A DNA stretch of 63,537 bases, taken from NCBI GenBank assembly GCA_041583035.1, contig JBFHGP010000001.1, forward strand, positions 1-63,537, in the 5' to 3' direction. Position 1 is the first letter of the stretch, and every line of letters starts with the position of its first letter. The translations under genes and the position numbers were made by a program. The stretch comes from Flavobacterium sp. (GTDB lineage: Bacteria; Bacteroidota; Bacteroidia; Flavobacteriales; Flavobacteriaceae). The notes beneath the pieces are model-generated. The model did no database searches. It was not told where the DNA came from and saw only the letters and a list, made by a program, of their open reading frames with translations. Shown here piece after piece: positions 19,093 through 29,991 of this stretch.

Positions 19093-21654
19093 TTGAAATC
19101 AAAAATATTAACATACAGTTGCATCGTAGCAATCATCGCTTTGTGCTTTGCTTGCTCTACAAGCAAAAACACTGCGCTAACTAGAGGGTATCACGCCACA
19201 ACGGCAAAATATAACATTTTGTATAATGGGCAATTGGCCTATGACAAAGGCGTGGAAGAAATCAAAGCTTCGCGTACCGATAATTTTGCCAAAATTTTAC
19301 CAGTAGAGATGATGCAGCCCGATGAGGTGGAAGAAATTGTCAATACGCAGAAAAACCCTAACTTTCAGCGTGCCGAAGAAAAAGCGATCAAAGCTGCGCA
19401 AGACCATTCTATTTTTATCGCTGGTGCAGAGAATAATCCGCAAATAGATGATGCTTATATGCTTTTGGGTAAAGCGCGCTACCACGATTTGCGCTACGTG
19501 CCTGCACAAGAGGCGTTTAACTATATCATTATGCGCTACCCAGATAGCGATATTTTTTACGAAGCTACGATTTGGGCTGAAAAAACCAACCTTAGGCTCA
19601 AATATGACAACACAGCTATCCGTAATCTCAAAAAATTATTGAAAAACCCAGAGCTCGAAGGCAAAGTAAAAGCAGAAGCTTTGGCTACCTTGGCGCAAGG
19701 TTACATCAACACACAAGCTTATGATAGCGCCAAACAAGCGTTAGAGCAAGCCTATGCGTTAACAAACGAAAAACTCAAAAAGGCGAGATATACTTTTATT
19801 TTGGGGCAATTGAACAGTAAATTAGGAGAAAAGCAAGTAGCAATACAAAACTTCGAAGAGGTAATAGATTACAATTATAGCATTCCGCGTGCCTATGTAA
19901 TCAACGCTTATGCCCAAAAATTTGCCAATCAAGACAAATCGCAGATGGATACAGCAGTATTTGTCAAAGAATACCAAAAACTACTTCGCGATAGAGAAAA
20001 TCGTGCCTACCAAGACATGATTTTTCATCAAATAGGATTGATGTATGAAGACCATAACGACATCGACAAAGCAGTCAAAAACTTTAATTATTCTTTGCGA
20101 AAAAGCAGAGACAACAATTATGTAAAGCAAGCCAATTACCAGCATTTGGCTGAGATTTATTACGGCGGAAAAGATTACGAAAAAGCAGGCGTATATTACG
20201 ACAGCACCATGGTGTTGATGAACCCCAATACGAGAGAATACCTTCACGTCAAACGCAAGCGCAACGGGCTAATCGATTTGGTTAACTTTGAGCAATTGGT
20301 GCGCAAAAACGACAGTATCCTCAACTTGGTCAGTATGTCTGACGAAGAGCGCCTCATCGTGATGACAGATTATGTAGAAAAACTCAAACAAAAAGACGAA
20401 GAACGCGCCAATGCAGCTGCGGCAGCAAGTAGCGGTAGCTCAAATGCAGCAGGTATCAGTATCGGTAGAGGGTCAAACTTTTATTTTTATTCGCAAAATT
20501 CTGTTAACAATGGCAAGCAATCGTTTGCGTCTAATTGGGGCAACCGTCCAAATGTAGACAACTGGCGTTGGGAGAACGAAGCGATACAAATGCCGGCAAG
20601 TCAAACGCCAAACACTGAAGACGCTGAAGAGCAATTGGCAGAGGAGTCAGAAAATACTACAGACAAGCGTTATGATCCAGCGTTTTATATAGCGCAAATT
20701 CCGACCAATGAAGAGCAAATCAAATTGTTGAAAAAAGATTTGGACAATGCTTATTATCAGCTGGGTGTAATTTATTACGAACGCTTGCAAGAATACGGTT
20801 TGGGCGCAGCAAGACTAGAAAAACTCTTGACGATAGACCCAGACCAACGATTGATAGAACCAGCCAAATATCATTTGTATAAAATTTACAGCATCATCGA
20901 CCCAGCCAAGGCGACAGCGATGCTCGAAGACATGAAAGCGAATCATCCAAATTCGCAATATACCCAAGTGATTCTCAACCCTAATGCGACCATCAAAGCC
21001 GATGAGCAGCCTGTAAATGACTATGAAGAGATTTACCAAACGTATAGTCAGGGCGATTATGCAGCTGTTTTGGATGAGTTGGATGAGAAAATTCCGATGA
21101 TGCTCAACGACCAAATGTTGCCAAAATACGAATTGTTGCGCGCAGTAACGGTCGGTAAGCTCGAAGGCTTGGCAAGTTACAAAGCAGCACTCAATCACGT
21201 AGCGCTCACTTACCCGAGCTCGACAGAAGGCAAAGAAGCAGAACGTATTTTGAAAGAAGATTTTTCACGATTAGAAAAAATGGATTTCAAGATGGATTTG
21301 TCGCGCAACCTCAAGTTTATCTACGAAGTAAGCTATCCGGTACAAGGCGAAGACTTGATATTGCAACAAAAGCTACAACGCTATGCCGATGACAGGGCAC
21401 ATACGGGCATCAAATTTTCGGTAGATCAATACTCAGATACACAAGTGTTTTTAGTATTGCATGGTATCAAATCGGGTAATATTGCACAATCGGCACAGAT
21501 GTACCTCGAAATCGAACAAGAATATCAGATAACCCGCGACCCAGTGCTTATCAGTACCGATGATTATGTGGTGGTATTGATCAAGAAAAACTGGGACGAA
21601 TATCTCAAAGCACGTTATCCGCAAGAAAATACCGACGAAAACGAAGAAAATTAA
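19093..21654 (+). CDS. sprE: T9SS/gliding motility TPR lipoprotein SprE (PorW)
   Basis: Lipobox FAC-STSKN, YH..TAKYNILYNG, TPR repeats, FYFY...WGNRPNVDNWRW; position upstream of the atp operon. Probable TTG start at 19093. Confidence 0.88.
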   Translation: MKSKILTYSCIVAIIALCFACSTSKNTALTRGYHATTAKYNILYNGQLAYDKGVEEIKASRTDNFAKILPVEMMQPDEVEEIVNTQKNPNFQRAEEKAIKAAQDHSIFIAGAENNPQIDDAYMLLGKARYHDLRYVPAQEAFNYIIMRYPDSDIFYEATIWAEKTNLRLKYDNTAIRNLKKLLKNPELEGKVKAEALATLAQGYINTQAYDSAKQALEQAYALTNEKLKKARYTFILGQLNSKLGEKQVAIQNFEEVIDYNYSIPRAYVINAYAQKFANQDKSQMDTAVFVKEYQKLLRDRENRAYQDMIFHQIGLMYEDHNDIDKAVKNFNYSLRKSRDNNYVKQANYQHLAEIYYGGKDYEKAGVYYDSTMVLMNPNTREYLHVKRKRNGLIDLVNFEQLVRKNDSILNLVSMSDEERLIVMTDYVEKLKQKDEERANAAAAASSGSSNAAGISIGRGSNFYFYSQNSVNNGKQSFASNWGNRPNVDNWRWENEAIQMPASQTPNTEDAEEQLAEESENTTDKRYDPAFYIAQIPTNEEQIKLLKKDLDNAYYQLGVIYYERLQEYGLGAARLEKLLTIDPDQRLIEPAKYHLYKIYSIIDPAKATAMLEDMKANHPNSQYTQVILNPNATIKADEQPVNDYEEIYQTYSQGDYAAVLDELDEKIPMMLNDQMLPKYELLRAVTVGKLEGLASYKAALNHVALTYPSSTEGKEAERILKEDFSRLEKMDFKMDLSRNLKFIYEVSYPVQGEDLILQQKLQRYADDRAHTGIKFSVDQYSDTQVFLVLHGIKSGNIAQSAQMYLEIEQEYQITRDPVLISTDDYVVVLIKKNWDEYLKARYPQENTDENEEN

Positions 21655-21655
21655 C

Positions 21656-22066
21656 ATGCAAAAAATAGGAAAATATATTTTTGGGTTAGCATTATTAGCA
21701 GCCATTGCTTACGGCGCACAAGTTTATTTGCAAGACCATTTTGACATTGCCGACGATTGGGCGCGAGTGAGTATCTCGTTAGGTCAAATATACCTTGTGC
21801 AAGTAGTTTTGTCACTGGTTTTACTCGTGGCGTTGGTGATGGTCAAAAAATCTGCCGCCCAACAGTTGGGGTTTGTGTTTTTGGGCGTTTTTACCTTAAA
21901 AGTAGTGGTGTCTTACTTTTTTGCCCATAATGTCTTGGATCAGCCCGATGTAGATTTTTTCAAATACAATTATTTAGCAGTGTTTTTTCTCTTTATGATT
22001 TTTGATTTGTACATCGCGTACAGCATGTTAAATAAAAGTGAAAATTCGGCTTTAAAAAAGTTTTAA
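21656..22066 (+). CDS. 4-TM membrane protein preceding atpB (DUF6168 / AtpI-like)
   Basis: Four hydrophobic helices, QLGFVFL motif, position directly before atpB. Confidence 0.7.
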   Translation: MQKIGKYIFGLALLAAIAYGAQVYLQDHFDIADDWARVSISLGQIYLVQVVLSLVLLVALVMVKKSAAQQLGFVFLGVFTLKVVVSYFFAHNVLDQPDVDFFKYNYLAVFFLFMIFDLYIAYSMLNKSENSALKKF

Positions 22067-22142
22067 ATAAGGTGTTTTATATAAAGAATAAAGTTGTACA
22101 TTTGCACAAAATTTTTTGAACCATAAAAAATATAAACACGGT

Positions 22143-23258
22143 ATGGTGACGATTAAAAAATCACTTCGCTTGTTAACGGTCGCTTTGTTTGCTTTGATGT
22201 CTTTGGTATCAAGAGCAGAAGGGTCGGAAAGTTCTGGACACGATGACGCGCACGTAGCGGTAGATCCTGATTCGCCTGAGTTTGTTCAGGAATATGCACA
22301 GCATCACTTGATGGATGATCATTATTATTCATTTTTTGGCGATGCTGAAACGCACAAGCACTACGGTTTTCCGTTGCCTGTCATTCTTATTGACGAAGGG
22401 CTAAAAGTGTTTATGTCTACAGAAGACTTTGTTTACAAAGGAAAAGTTGTAGAAAACGGAGGTCAGTTTTACAAATATTACCACGGCAAAATCTACAAAA
22501 CTGATGCTGCCGGTACGATTAACTACGATGAGCATCATCACCCAACTAATGCAAAACCACTAGATTTTTCAATTACTAAAAATGTATTTGGTTTAATATT
22601 AGCTTCAATATTGTTGTTTTGGGGGTTTACTAAATTAGCCAAAACATACAAATCATCTCCAAACAATTTGCCAAAAGGTTTTGGACGCGTTTTAGAACCG
22701 TTGGTAATCTATGTGCGTGACGAAATGGCTCGTCCGAACATCGGAGAGAAAAAATACAAAAAATTTATGCCTTACCTATTGTCGGTATTCTTCTTGATAT
22801 TTTTGTTGAATTTATTGGGATTAACGCCGCTAGGATTGAACGTAACAGGTAATATTTCAGTAACCGTTTGTTTGGCGTTGTTTACCTTTTTATATGTAAA
22901 CCTAAACGGAAACAAAGATTATTGGAAACACATTTTTTGGATGCCAGGCGTGCCTGTGCCGATGAAAATAGTTTTGGCACCTATCGAAGTGTTGGGGATG
23001 TTTACCAAGCCATTCTCGCTATTGATTCGTTTGTTTGCCAATATCACAGCAGGTCACTCGGTAGTAATGGGATTGATCGCTGTAGCATTTGTGATGAAAG
23101 AGACCTTGTCAACACCGGGCGCAGTTGGTGTGTCATTTTTGTTGACAACGTTTTTGACCGTGTTAGAAATTTTGGTTGCATTTTTGCAGGCGTTTATTTT
23201 TACGATGTTGTCGTCATTATTTATCGGTTCGGCCGTAGAAGAGCACGACCATCATTAA
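22143..23258 (+). CDS. atpB: ATP synthase F0 subunit a
   Basis: IRLFANITAGH, LEILVAFLQAFIF; Bacteroidota N-terminal extension. Confidence 0.97.
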   Translation: MVTIKKSLRLLTVALFALMSLVSRAEGSESSGHDDAHVAVDPDSPEFVQEYAQHHLMDDHYYSFFGDAETHKHYGFPLPVILIDEGLKVFMSTEDFVYKGKVVENGGQFYKYYHGKIYKTDAAGTINYDEHHHPTNAKPLDFSITKNVFGLILASILLFWGFTKLAKTYKSSPNNLPKGFGRVLEPLVIYVRDEMARPNIGEKKYKKFMPYLLSVFFLIFLLNLLGLTPLGLNVTGNISVTVCLALFTFLYVNLNGNKDYWKHIFWMPGVPVPMKIVLAPIEVLGMFTKPFSLLIRLFANITAGHSVVMGLIAVAFVMKETLSTPGAVGVSFLLTTFLTVLEILVAFLQAFIFTMLSSLFIGSAVEEHDHH

Positions 23259-23296
23259 TTAGAATTTTTGTTTAATTTTTTATAAAATCATTTATT

Positions 23297-23494
23297 ATGA
23301 CAATTCCAACTTTAGTAGGAGCAGGTTTAATCGTAATCGGAGCAGGTTATGGTTTAGGTAAAATTGGTGGTTCTGCGATGGACGCAATCGCTCGTCAGCC
23401 AGAAGCAGCAGGTAAAATCCAAACTGCAATGATTATCATTGGAGCACTATTGGAAGGTTTAGCTTTCGGTGCATTGATCCTTGGTAACAACTAA
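23297..23494 (+). CDS. atpE: ATP synthase F0 subunit c
   Basis: GAGYGLGKIG, ARQPEA, conserved Glu in LLEG. Confidence 0.97.
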   Translation: MTIPTLVGAGLIVIGAGYGLGKIGGSAMDAIARQPEAAGKIQTAMIIIGALLEGLAFGALILGNN

Positions 23495-23505
23495 AAACAA
23501 TGACG

Positions 23506-23538
23506 ACAATATCTGTAACGGTTGGTTACAGATATTGT
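23506..23538 (+). other. Perfect 14-bp mRNA hairpin between atpE and atpF
   Basis: ACAATATCTGTAAC-GGTTG-GTTACAGATATTGT. Confidence 0.7.
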
Positions 23539-23585
23539 TTGATTAAACAAAAACAAATTAGAACACAAACTCATTTAATAGAATA

Positions 23586-24086
23586 ATGGAGAAGTTAATA
23601 CACGATTTTAGTTTTGGATTATTTTTCTGGCAAGCAATCATCTTGTTGGTTATCATTTTCTTGTTAGGAAAATTTGCTTGGAAACCAATCATCAACGCAC
23701 TCGAAGCACGTGAAGACGGTATCGCCGATGCCTTGGCAGCAGCAGATAACGCCAAACGCGAAATGCAAAACTTGCAAGCAAGCAACGAAAAATTGCTGGC
23801 CGAAGCAAGAGCAGAACGCGACGCTATGCTTAAAGAAGCACGCGAGATGAAAGAAAAAATGATCAGCGAAGCTAAAAACGAAGCCCAAGCCGAAGGAGAA
23901 AAAATGATTCAGCAAGCAAAAGCAGCTATAGATAACGAAAAATCTGCAGCGATGGCCGACATCAAAAACCACGTTTCTGGTTTGTCTATCGAGATTGCTG
24001 AAAAATTAATGAAAAATCAATTGGGTGACGCACAAGCACAAAACCAGTTGGTAGAATCGTTGTTGAACGACGTAAAATTAAACTAA
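23586..24086 (+). CDS. atpF: ATP synthase F0 subunit b
   Basis: GLFFWQ, KFAWKPI, coiled coil, IAEK. Confidence 0.96.
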   Translation: MEKLIHDFSFGLFFWQAIILLVIIFLLGKFAWKPIINALEAREDGIADALAAADNAKREMQNLQASNEKLLAEARAERDAMLKEAREMKEKMISEAKNEAQAEGEKMIQQAKAAIDNEKSAAMADIKNHVSGLSIEIAEKLMKNQLGDAQAQNQLVESLLNDVKLN

Positions 24087-24090
24087 CCAT

Positions 24091-24630
24091 ATGACTACTT
24101 CTAGAGCAGCCGTTCGTTATGCCAAAGCGTTGATAGAGACCGTTCAAGCAAAAAATGCTACAGAACAGTTGTTCGGCGATATGCAAACGATCATCAAAGC
24201 AGTGAACGAAAGCGAGGAGCTCAAGCATTTTTTAAACAACCCTGTCGTAATAGGAGAAACCAAAAAAAGTGCATTGAACGAAATTTTTTCATCACTTTCG
24301 ACAGATACAAAATCATTGTTTGACTTGTTATACAACAACCAAAGATTTGATTTGTTGCCACAGATAGCTAGCCAATACATAGCTTTGTACGAAGCATCAA
24401 AAGGTATTGCAAGAGCTTATGTGACCACAGCTGCCCCTTTAACAGACGATCTCAAAGCAAAAGTGCTCAACAAGATTAAAGAATTGACAACTGAGTCGCA
24501 AATAGAGATTGTAAACGAAGTAAACCCCGATATTATCGGCGGATTTATAATCCGTATCGGCGACATGCAATACAACGCATCTATTGCTGATAAATTAAAT
24601 CAATTAAAAAGAGAGCTAATCAATAATTAA
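24091..24630 (+). CDS. atpH: ATP synthase F1 subunit delta
   Basis: RYAKAL, PDIIGGFIIRIGD. Confidence 0.96.
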   Translation: MTTSRAAVRYAKALIETVQAKNATEQLFGDMQTIIKAVNESEELKHFLNNPVVIGETKKSALNEIFSSLSTDTKSLFDLLYNNQRFDLLPQIASQYIALYEASKGIARAYVTTAAPLTDDLKAKVLNKIKELTTESQIEIVNEVNPDIIGGFIIRIGDMQYNASIADKLNQLKRELINN

Positions 24631-24672
24631 TATCAAACCACGTCTCGGCGTGTATCAATAAAAATAAAAAAG

Positions 24673-26247
24673 ATGGCGGAAATCAAACCAGCTGAAATTT
24701 CAGCAATTTTAAAACAACAATTATCAGGATTCGGAGCCGACGCTTCGGTAGAAGAAGTTGGAACCGTATTGGAGGTAGGAGATGGTATTGCCCGTGTTTA
24801 CGGATTATCTAATGCACAGTACGGCGAATTGGTACAATTTGAAAACGGTTTGGAAGCGATGGTGCAAAACCTCGAAGAAGACAACGTAGGTATTGTATTA
24901 TTCGGTTCGTCTACATCAATCAAAGAAGGCGACGTAGTAAAACGCACTGGCCGTATCGCTTCACTCAAAGTAGGTGAAGAGATGGTAGGACGTGTAGTAA
25001 ACACGCTAGGTTTGCCTATCGACGGTAAAGGAGCAATCGGCGGAGACCTTTATGAGATGCCTTTGGAGCGTAAAGCACCAGGAGTTATTTTCCGTCAGCC
25101 AGTAACAGAGCCACTACAAACAGGAGTAAAAGCAATCGATGCGATGATTCCGGTAGGTAGAGGTCAGCGTGAGTTGGTTATTGGTGACCGTCAAACAGGT
25201 AAAACCACTGTTTGTATCGATACAATTCTAAACCAAAAAGAGTTTTACGATGCTGGTGAGCCTGTATATTGTATTTATGTAGCTGTTGGGCAAAAAGCCT
25301 CTACTGTAGCTGCAATTGCAAAAACATTAGAAGAAAAAGGCGCGTTAGACTATACGATTATCGTAGCGGCTAATGCTTCTGACCCTGCGCCAATGCAGGT
25401 ATATGCACCGATGGCCGGAGCTGCAATCGGAGAGTATTTCCGTGATACAGGTCGTCCTGCATTAATCGTTTATGATGATTTGTCAAAACAAGCGGTAGCT
25501 TACCGTGAGATGTCATTGATTTTGCGTCGTCCACCAGGTCGTGAAGCGTATCCAGGTGACGTTTTTTACCTTCACTCTCGTTTGTTAGAGCGTGCGGCAA
25601 AAGTAATTGCTGATGACGAAATCGCAAAAACAATGAACGATTTGCCAGAGTCATTAAAACCAATCGTAAAAGGTGGTGGGTCGTTAACAGCCTTGCCAAT
25701 TATCGAAACACAAGCGGGTGACGTATCTGCATATATCCCAACCAACGTAATTTCGATTACAGACGGACAGATTTTCTTAGAGTCAGATTTGTTTAACTCA
25801 GGTGTTCGTCCGGCGATCAACGTAGGTATCTCGGTATCTCGTGTTGGTGGTAATGCACAGATCAAATCAATGAAAAAAGTATCTGGTACCTTAAAATTAG
25901 ACCAAGCGCAATTCCGCGAATTAGAAGCGTTTGCTAAATTTGGATCTGACCTTGATAAAGCAACTTTGAGCGTTATCGAAAAAGGGCGTCGCAACGTAGA
26001 AATCCTTAAACAATCGGTAAACGACCCGTTTAAAGTAGAAGATCAAGTAGCGATTATCTATGCCGGAACCAAAAACTTGTTGAGAAACGTTCCTGTAAAC
26101 AAGGTAAAAGAGTTTGAAGCAGACTTTATCCAAACCTTAAACTTGTCTCACAAAAACGTGATGCAAGACCTAAAAGCAGGTAAATTGACCGACGAAGCTA
26201 CCACTACTTTAGAAAAAGTAGCCAAAGAAGTAGCAGCAAAATATTAA
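24673..26247 (+). CDS. atpA: ATP synthase F1 subunit alpha
   Basis: [30 protein letters not shown]. Confidence 0.99.
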   Translation: MAEIKPAEISAILKQQLSGFGADASVEEVGTVLEVGDGIARVYGLSNAQYGELVQFENGLEAMVQNLEEDNVGIVLFGSSTSIKEGDVVKRTGRIASLKVGEEMVGRVVNTLGLPIDGKGAIGGDLYEMPLERKAPGVIFRQPVTEPLQTGVKAIDAMIPVGRGQRELVIGDRQTGKTTVCIDTILNQKEFYDAGEPVYCIYVAVGQKASTVAAIAKTLEEKGALDYTIIVAANASDPAPMQVYAPMAGAAIGEYFRDTGRPALIVYDDLSKQAVAYREMSLILRRPPGREAYPGDVFYLHSRLLERAAKVIADDEIAKTMNDLPESLKPIVKGGGSLTALPIIETQAGDVSAYIPTNVISITDGQIFLESDLFNSGVRPAINVGISVSRVGGNAQIKSMKKVSGTLKLDQAQFRELEAFAKFGSDLDKATLSVIEKGRRNVEILKQSVNDPFKVEDQVAIIYAGTKNLLRNVPVNKVKEFEADFIQTLNLSHKNVMQDLKAGKLTDEATTTLEKVAKEVAAKY

Positions 26248-26308
26248 TATTATCAGACGTGAGTAATTGGTTTTTTGACCGATTACTCATCTCTAATGAC
26301 AACATATA

Positions 26309-27169
26309 ATGGCCAACTTAAAAGAAATACGCAACAGAATTAGCTCAGTATCATCGACCATGCAGATTACCTCTGCCATGAAGATGGTATCGGCAGCAAA
26401 GCTCAAAAAAGCACAAGATGCGATTACAGCAATGCGCCCTTATGCTGAGAAATTGACCGAGTTGATTCAGAATATTAGCGCAACACTCGAAGAAAACGTG
26501 AACAACAAGTATGCTGAGCAAAGAGAAATCAGCAAAGTAATGCTAGTAGTGGTTTCTTCAAACAGAGGTTTGTGTGGTGCTTTTAATTCGAATGTCTTGA
26601 AAAAAGCCAAAGAACGTCGTGCTTTTTATGCCGATAAGCAAGTAGAAGTATTGACTATAGGTAAAAAAGGTTTTGATATTTTAGGCAAAACAGAAAAGAT
26701 ATTTGCCAATGAAAGTCAGTTGTTTGACGACCTTACTTTTGACAATGTCTCTGAAGTGGCTCAGGTATTAATGGATCAGTTTGCAGAAGAAAAATTCGAT
26801 AAAATAGAAATCATTTACAACCAATTCAAAAACGCTGCATCACAAGAAGTGATGACAGAACAGTTTTTACCACTCGAGCCAATCGAAGGTGGAGATGCAA
26901 CCGCTGTAGCAGATTATATTTTTGAGCCATCAAAAGAAGAAATTATCAACAATTTGATTCCGAGTTCATTAAAAACGCAACTGTACAAAGCAGTTTTAGA
27001 TTCAAACGCTTCAGAGCATGGAGCAAGAATGACCGCTATGCACAAAGCAACAGACAATGCACAAGAGCTGAGAGATCAGTTGAAACTGACATATAACAAA
27101 GCACGTCAAGCCGCCATTACCAACGAGATTTTAGAAATTGTTGGTGGTGCCGAAGCGCTCAACAGCTAG
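26309..27169 (+). CDS. atpG: ATP synthase F1 subunit gamma
   Basis: ITSAMKMVSAAK, RGLCGAFN, SEHGARMTAM, RQAAITNEI. Confidence 0.98.
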   Translation: MANLKEIRNRISSVSSTMQITSAMKMVSAAKLKKAQDAITAMRPYAEKLTELIQNISATLEENVNNKYAEQREISKVMLVVVSSNRGLCGAFNSNVLKKAKERRAFYADKQVEVLTIGKKGFDILGKTEKIFANESQLFDDLTFDNVSEVAQVLMDQFAEEKFDKIEIIYNQFKNAASQEVMTEQFLPLEPIEGGDATAVADYIFEPSKEEIINNLIPSSLKTQLYKAVLDSNASEHGARMTAMHKATDNAQELRDQLKLTYNKARQAAITNEILEIVGGAEALNS

Positions 27170-27191
27170 GCTGAGTTACATAATAATATAT

Positions 27192-27220
27192 AAAGAGAGT
27201 GGTATTGCCACTCTCTTTTT
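27192..27220. terminator. Bidirectional terminator between atpG and rnhB
   Basis: AAAGAGAGTGG-TATTG-CCACTCTCTTTTT. Confidence 0.85.
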
Positions 27221-27819
27221 TATAGATCTAATTTTATTTGCTCAGGAATCAATCGAAAAGATTGTCGATGATATTTACAAGGACCATATTTGATGATAGC
27301 CTCACGGTGCTCTTTGGTAGGATAACCTTTGTTTTTGTCCCACCGATACATCGGAAACTCTTCATGCAACTTCGCCATGATTTCGTCTCTATAAGTTTTG
27401 GCAAGAATAGAAGCTGCAGCAATACTCAAGTATTTTGCGTCACCTTTTATAATCGTTTCGTACGGAATATCACGATAGGGTTTAAACCTGTTGCCGTCAA
27501 CTATGATAAATTCTGGCGTAATAGCAAGATTATCTAAAGCCAAATGCATGGCCTTGATCGAGGCATTCAAAATATTGATTTGGTCAATCTCTTCATGCCA
27601 AACGTGTGCCACCGCAAAAGCGTTTGGGTTTTCTTCTATCCAACTCCGTAAAAAATTTCGTGTTTTTAGTGAAGTTTGTTTAGAGTCGTTGAGTAATTCA
27701 GAATGTAAATTTTCTGAAGTAATAATAGCAGCAGCAGTTACCGGCCCAGCAAGACAGCCTCTGCCAGCCTCGTCTGTGCCAGCCTCAAACAGATAATTTG
27801 AATGTTTGTGTTTTAACAT
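27220..27819 (-). CDS. rnhB: Ribonuclease HII
   Basis: [38 protein letters not shown]. Confidence 0.97.
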   Translation of the reverse strand: MLKHKHSNYLFEAGTDEAGRGCLAGPVTAAAIITSENLHSELLNDSKQTSLKTRNFLRSWIEENPNAFAVAHVWHEEIDQINILNASIKAMHLALDNLAITPEFIIVDGNRFKPYRDIPYETIIKGDAKYLSIAAASILAKTYRDEIMAKLHEEFPMYRWDKNKGYPTKEHREAIIKYGPCKYHRQSFRLIPEQIKLDL

Positions 27820-27916
27820 CTATTAGGATTAGAAATGCTAAAATTACTACGCAATGTTTGGATATCCTAAAAAAAATAATTAGATTTGGTGGTTAATAAT
27901 AAACAATCTAAATAAA

Positions 27917-29881
27917 ATGAAGCGTAAAATATCAAAAATGCTCTTTGCAGCACTAGCTCTTGGGCTCAGTGTTCATGGGGTTTCGAACGCACAAACAGGC
28001 AAAAATCTAGATTACATTATTCAAAACTCGAATATTGCAGAACTAGAAGCTTTGTCGCAAAAGTTTGAGGCACGACACAATGAGAATTATCCAAAAGCGG
28101 TAGAGCGCGCCAATCAACTTGGAATGCCTATTTCTGGGTATGATGAAGAAGGAGGGTATGTATACAGCCTAGATAGAATCACAGAAGATGGAGGACTGGT
28201 GTATTATCGTACTTTTAATAATGTTACTTCTGGTAGTTCTTTAACTACTGTCAAGGCTCATTATTTACATGAGTTGGGTATAGAAGGACAAGATATGATG
28301 ATTGGTATTTGGGATGGAGGAATCCCGATGTCTACTCATGTGAGTTTTTGGGGTAGGGTAGTTACCAAAGACAATGGTATAGAAGTAACAGCAGATGCAG
28401 GTGAAGGGATATCACATGCTACTCACGTAGCTGGTACCTTGGCAGCAAACGACAACGTGCCAGATATTAAAGGTTTTATGCCTGAAGCGGATATTTGGGC
28501 AAATAATTGGTTTAATGATGAGAGTGAAATGGCTTCTCAGGCAGTGCAAGGCTTGTTGGTGTCAAATCATTCATATGGTTTGAATGCAGATTCTAACCCT
28601 TATGGTGTGGGTTTTTATGGAAGATATGGCACGGATGCGAGGTCTTATGACGAAATAGCATACAATGCACCAATGTACACTATTGTGTTTGCCGCAGGAA
28701 ATGACAGAAGTTATGTGGCTTCTAATCCAAATTTATATCCAAACAAAAACGGTAGAGATTTACTTACACAAGGAGGTGTGTCTAAAAATACAGTAGTAGT
28801 AGCTTCTTCGTTAGGTATAGAAAACTATGTGTCTCCGTCAAGTGTGCAATTGTCGGGCTTTAGTAATTATGGGCCAACTGACGATTTTAGAGTAAAGCCA
28901 GATATTGCAGCTAAAGGGGATGGTGTTAAGTCGGCGGCTCCAGGGTCACCAGCAAACACAGCTATTTCTAGCGGAACTTCTATGGCTGCACCTTCTGTTT
29001 CAGGAGTTTTTGGGCTATGGCAACAATATTATAATGAGAAAAATCCAGGTACTTGGATGCGTTCTTCTACGGTTAGAGCTTTGATGGCGCATACTGCATT
29101 AGAGGCAGGTCCAGCAGATGGTCCAGATCACATGCAGGGATGGGGATTGTTAAACGCCGAAGAAGGCGCTATTGTAATTAGAGACAATGGGCAAGGATAC
29201 AGTCACATCGAAGAAATGGTGATTAATAATGGTGCTACAATAGAAAAGCCATTTGAAAGAGCAGACGATGTGGGTTTTCCTTTAACTGTTACAATTGCAT
29301 GGGTGGATGCTCCAGGGCAAGCAATTAATACAGGGACTGACTTGGCTTTTGCTTCTTTAGTGAATGACTTAGACCTTAGGGTTGTAAATGTAGATACCGG
29401 TGAAGAGTATGAGCCATGGAGATTGGTAAAAAGTTTTACTAGTTCAGGTAGTGGAATTGCTGAGAAAGGTGATAACGATAGAGACAACATTGAAAAAGTT
29501 GAGCTTGGTATGGTAGATCCAGGAAATTACAAAGTGGTGGTTACTCATAAAGGAACCTTAGATGGCGGAAGTCAACAATTCAGTTTGGTGATGTCAGGAA
29601 TGGGTGTGCCTTTAAGTTCTACTAAGTTTGATGATATAGAAGGCTTGGTGGTATATCCAAACCCAACTTCTGACGTGTTGAATATCCAGTCTTCACAAGT
29701 TTCTTTGGCAGGAGCCAATGTGCAAATGTTTGATATTTCGGGCAGAATCGTAAAAGAAATAAATTTAAATAATATGTCAGAAGTTTATCAAATCACAGTT
29801 TCTGATTTGGTTTCGGGGGTCTATATGGTTAAGATTCATGTAGATAACCAAACTTCTGTTCAAAAAATAATAAAAAAATAA
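27917..29881 (+). CDS. Subtilisin-like S8 serine peptidase with T9SS type A C-terminal sorting domain
   Basis: Triad motifs WDGG, HATHVAGT, GTSMAAP; C-terminal VYPNPT...SGVYMVKI...KIIKK. Confidence 0.93.
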   Translation: MKRKISKMLFAALALGLSVHGVSNAQTGKNLDYIIQNSNIAELEALSQKFEARHNENYPKAVERANQLGMPISGYDEEGGYVYSLDRITEDGGLVYYRTFNNVTSGSSLTTVKAHYLHELGIEGQDMMIGIWDGGIPMSTHVSFWGRVVTKDNGIEVTADAGEGISHATHVAGTLAANDNVPDIKGFMPEADIWANNWFNDESEMASQAVQGLLVSNHSYGLNADSNPYGVGFYGRYGTDARSYDEIAYNAPMYTIVFAAGNDRSYVASNPNLYPNKNGRDLLTQGGVSKNTVVVASSLGIENYVSPSSVQLSGFSNYGPTDDFRVKPDIAAKGDGVKSAAPGSPANTAISSGTSMAAPSVSGVFGLWQQYYNEKNPGTWMRSSTVRALMAHTALEAGPADGPDHMQGWGLLNAEEGAIVIRDNGQGYSHIEEMVINNGATIEKPFERADDVGFPLTVTIAWVDAPGQAINTGTDLAFASLVNDLDLRVVNVDTGEEYEPWRLVKSFTSSGSGIAEKGDNDRDNIEKVELGMVDPGNYKVVVTHKGTLDGGSQQFSLVMSGMGVPLSSTKFDDIEGLVVYPNPTSDVLNIQSSQVSLAGANVQMFDISGRIVKEINLNNMSEVYQITVSDLVSGVYMVKIHVDNQTSVQKIIKK

Positions 29882-29991
29882 CATTGTTTTAAAGCAAACA
29901 TTTTATAGCGGTTAAACTTTAACACAGTAAAATGTTTGCTTTTGTATAAAAATAATGTTAATTTTGTTTTAACTAATTCAAATTAATTAAT

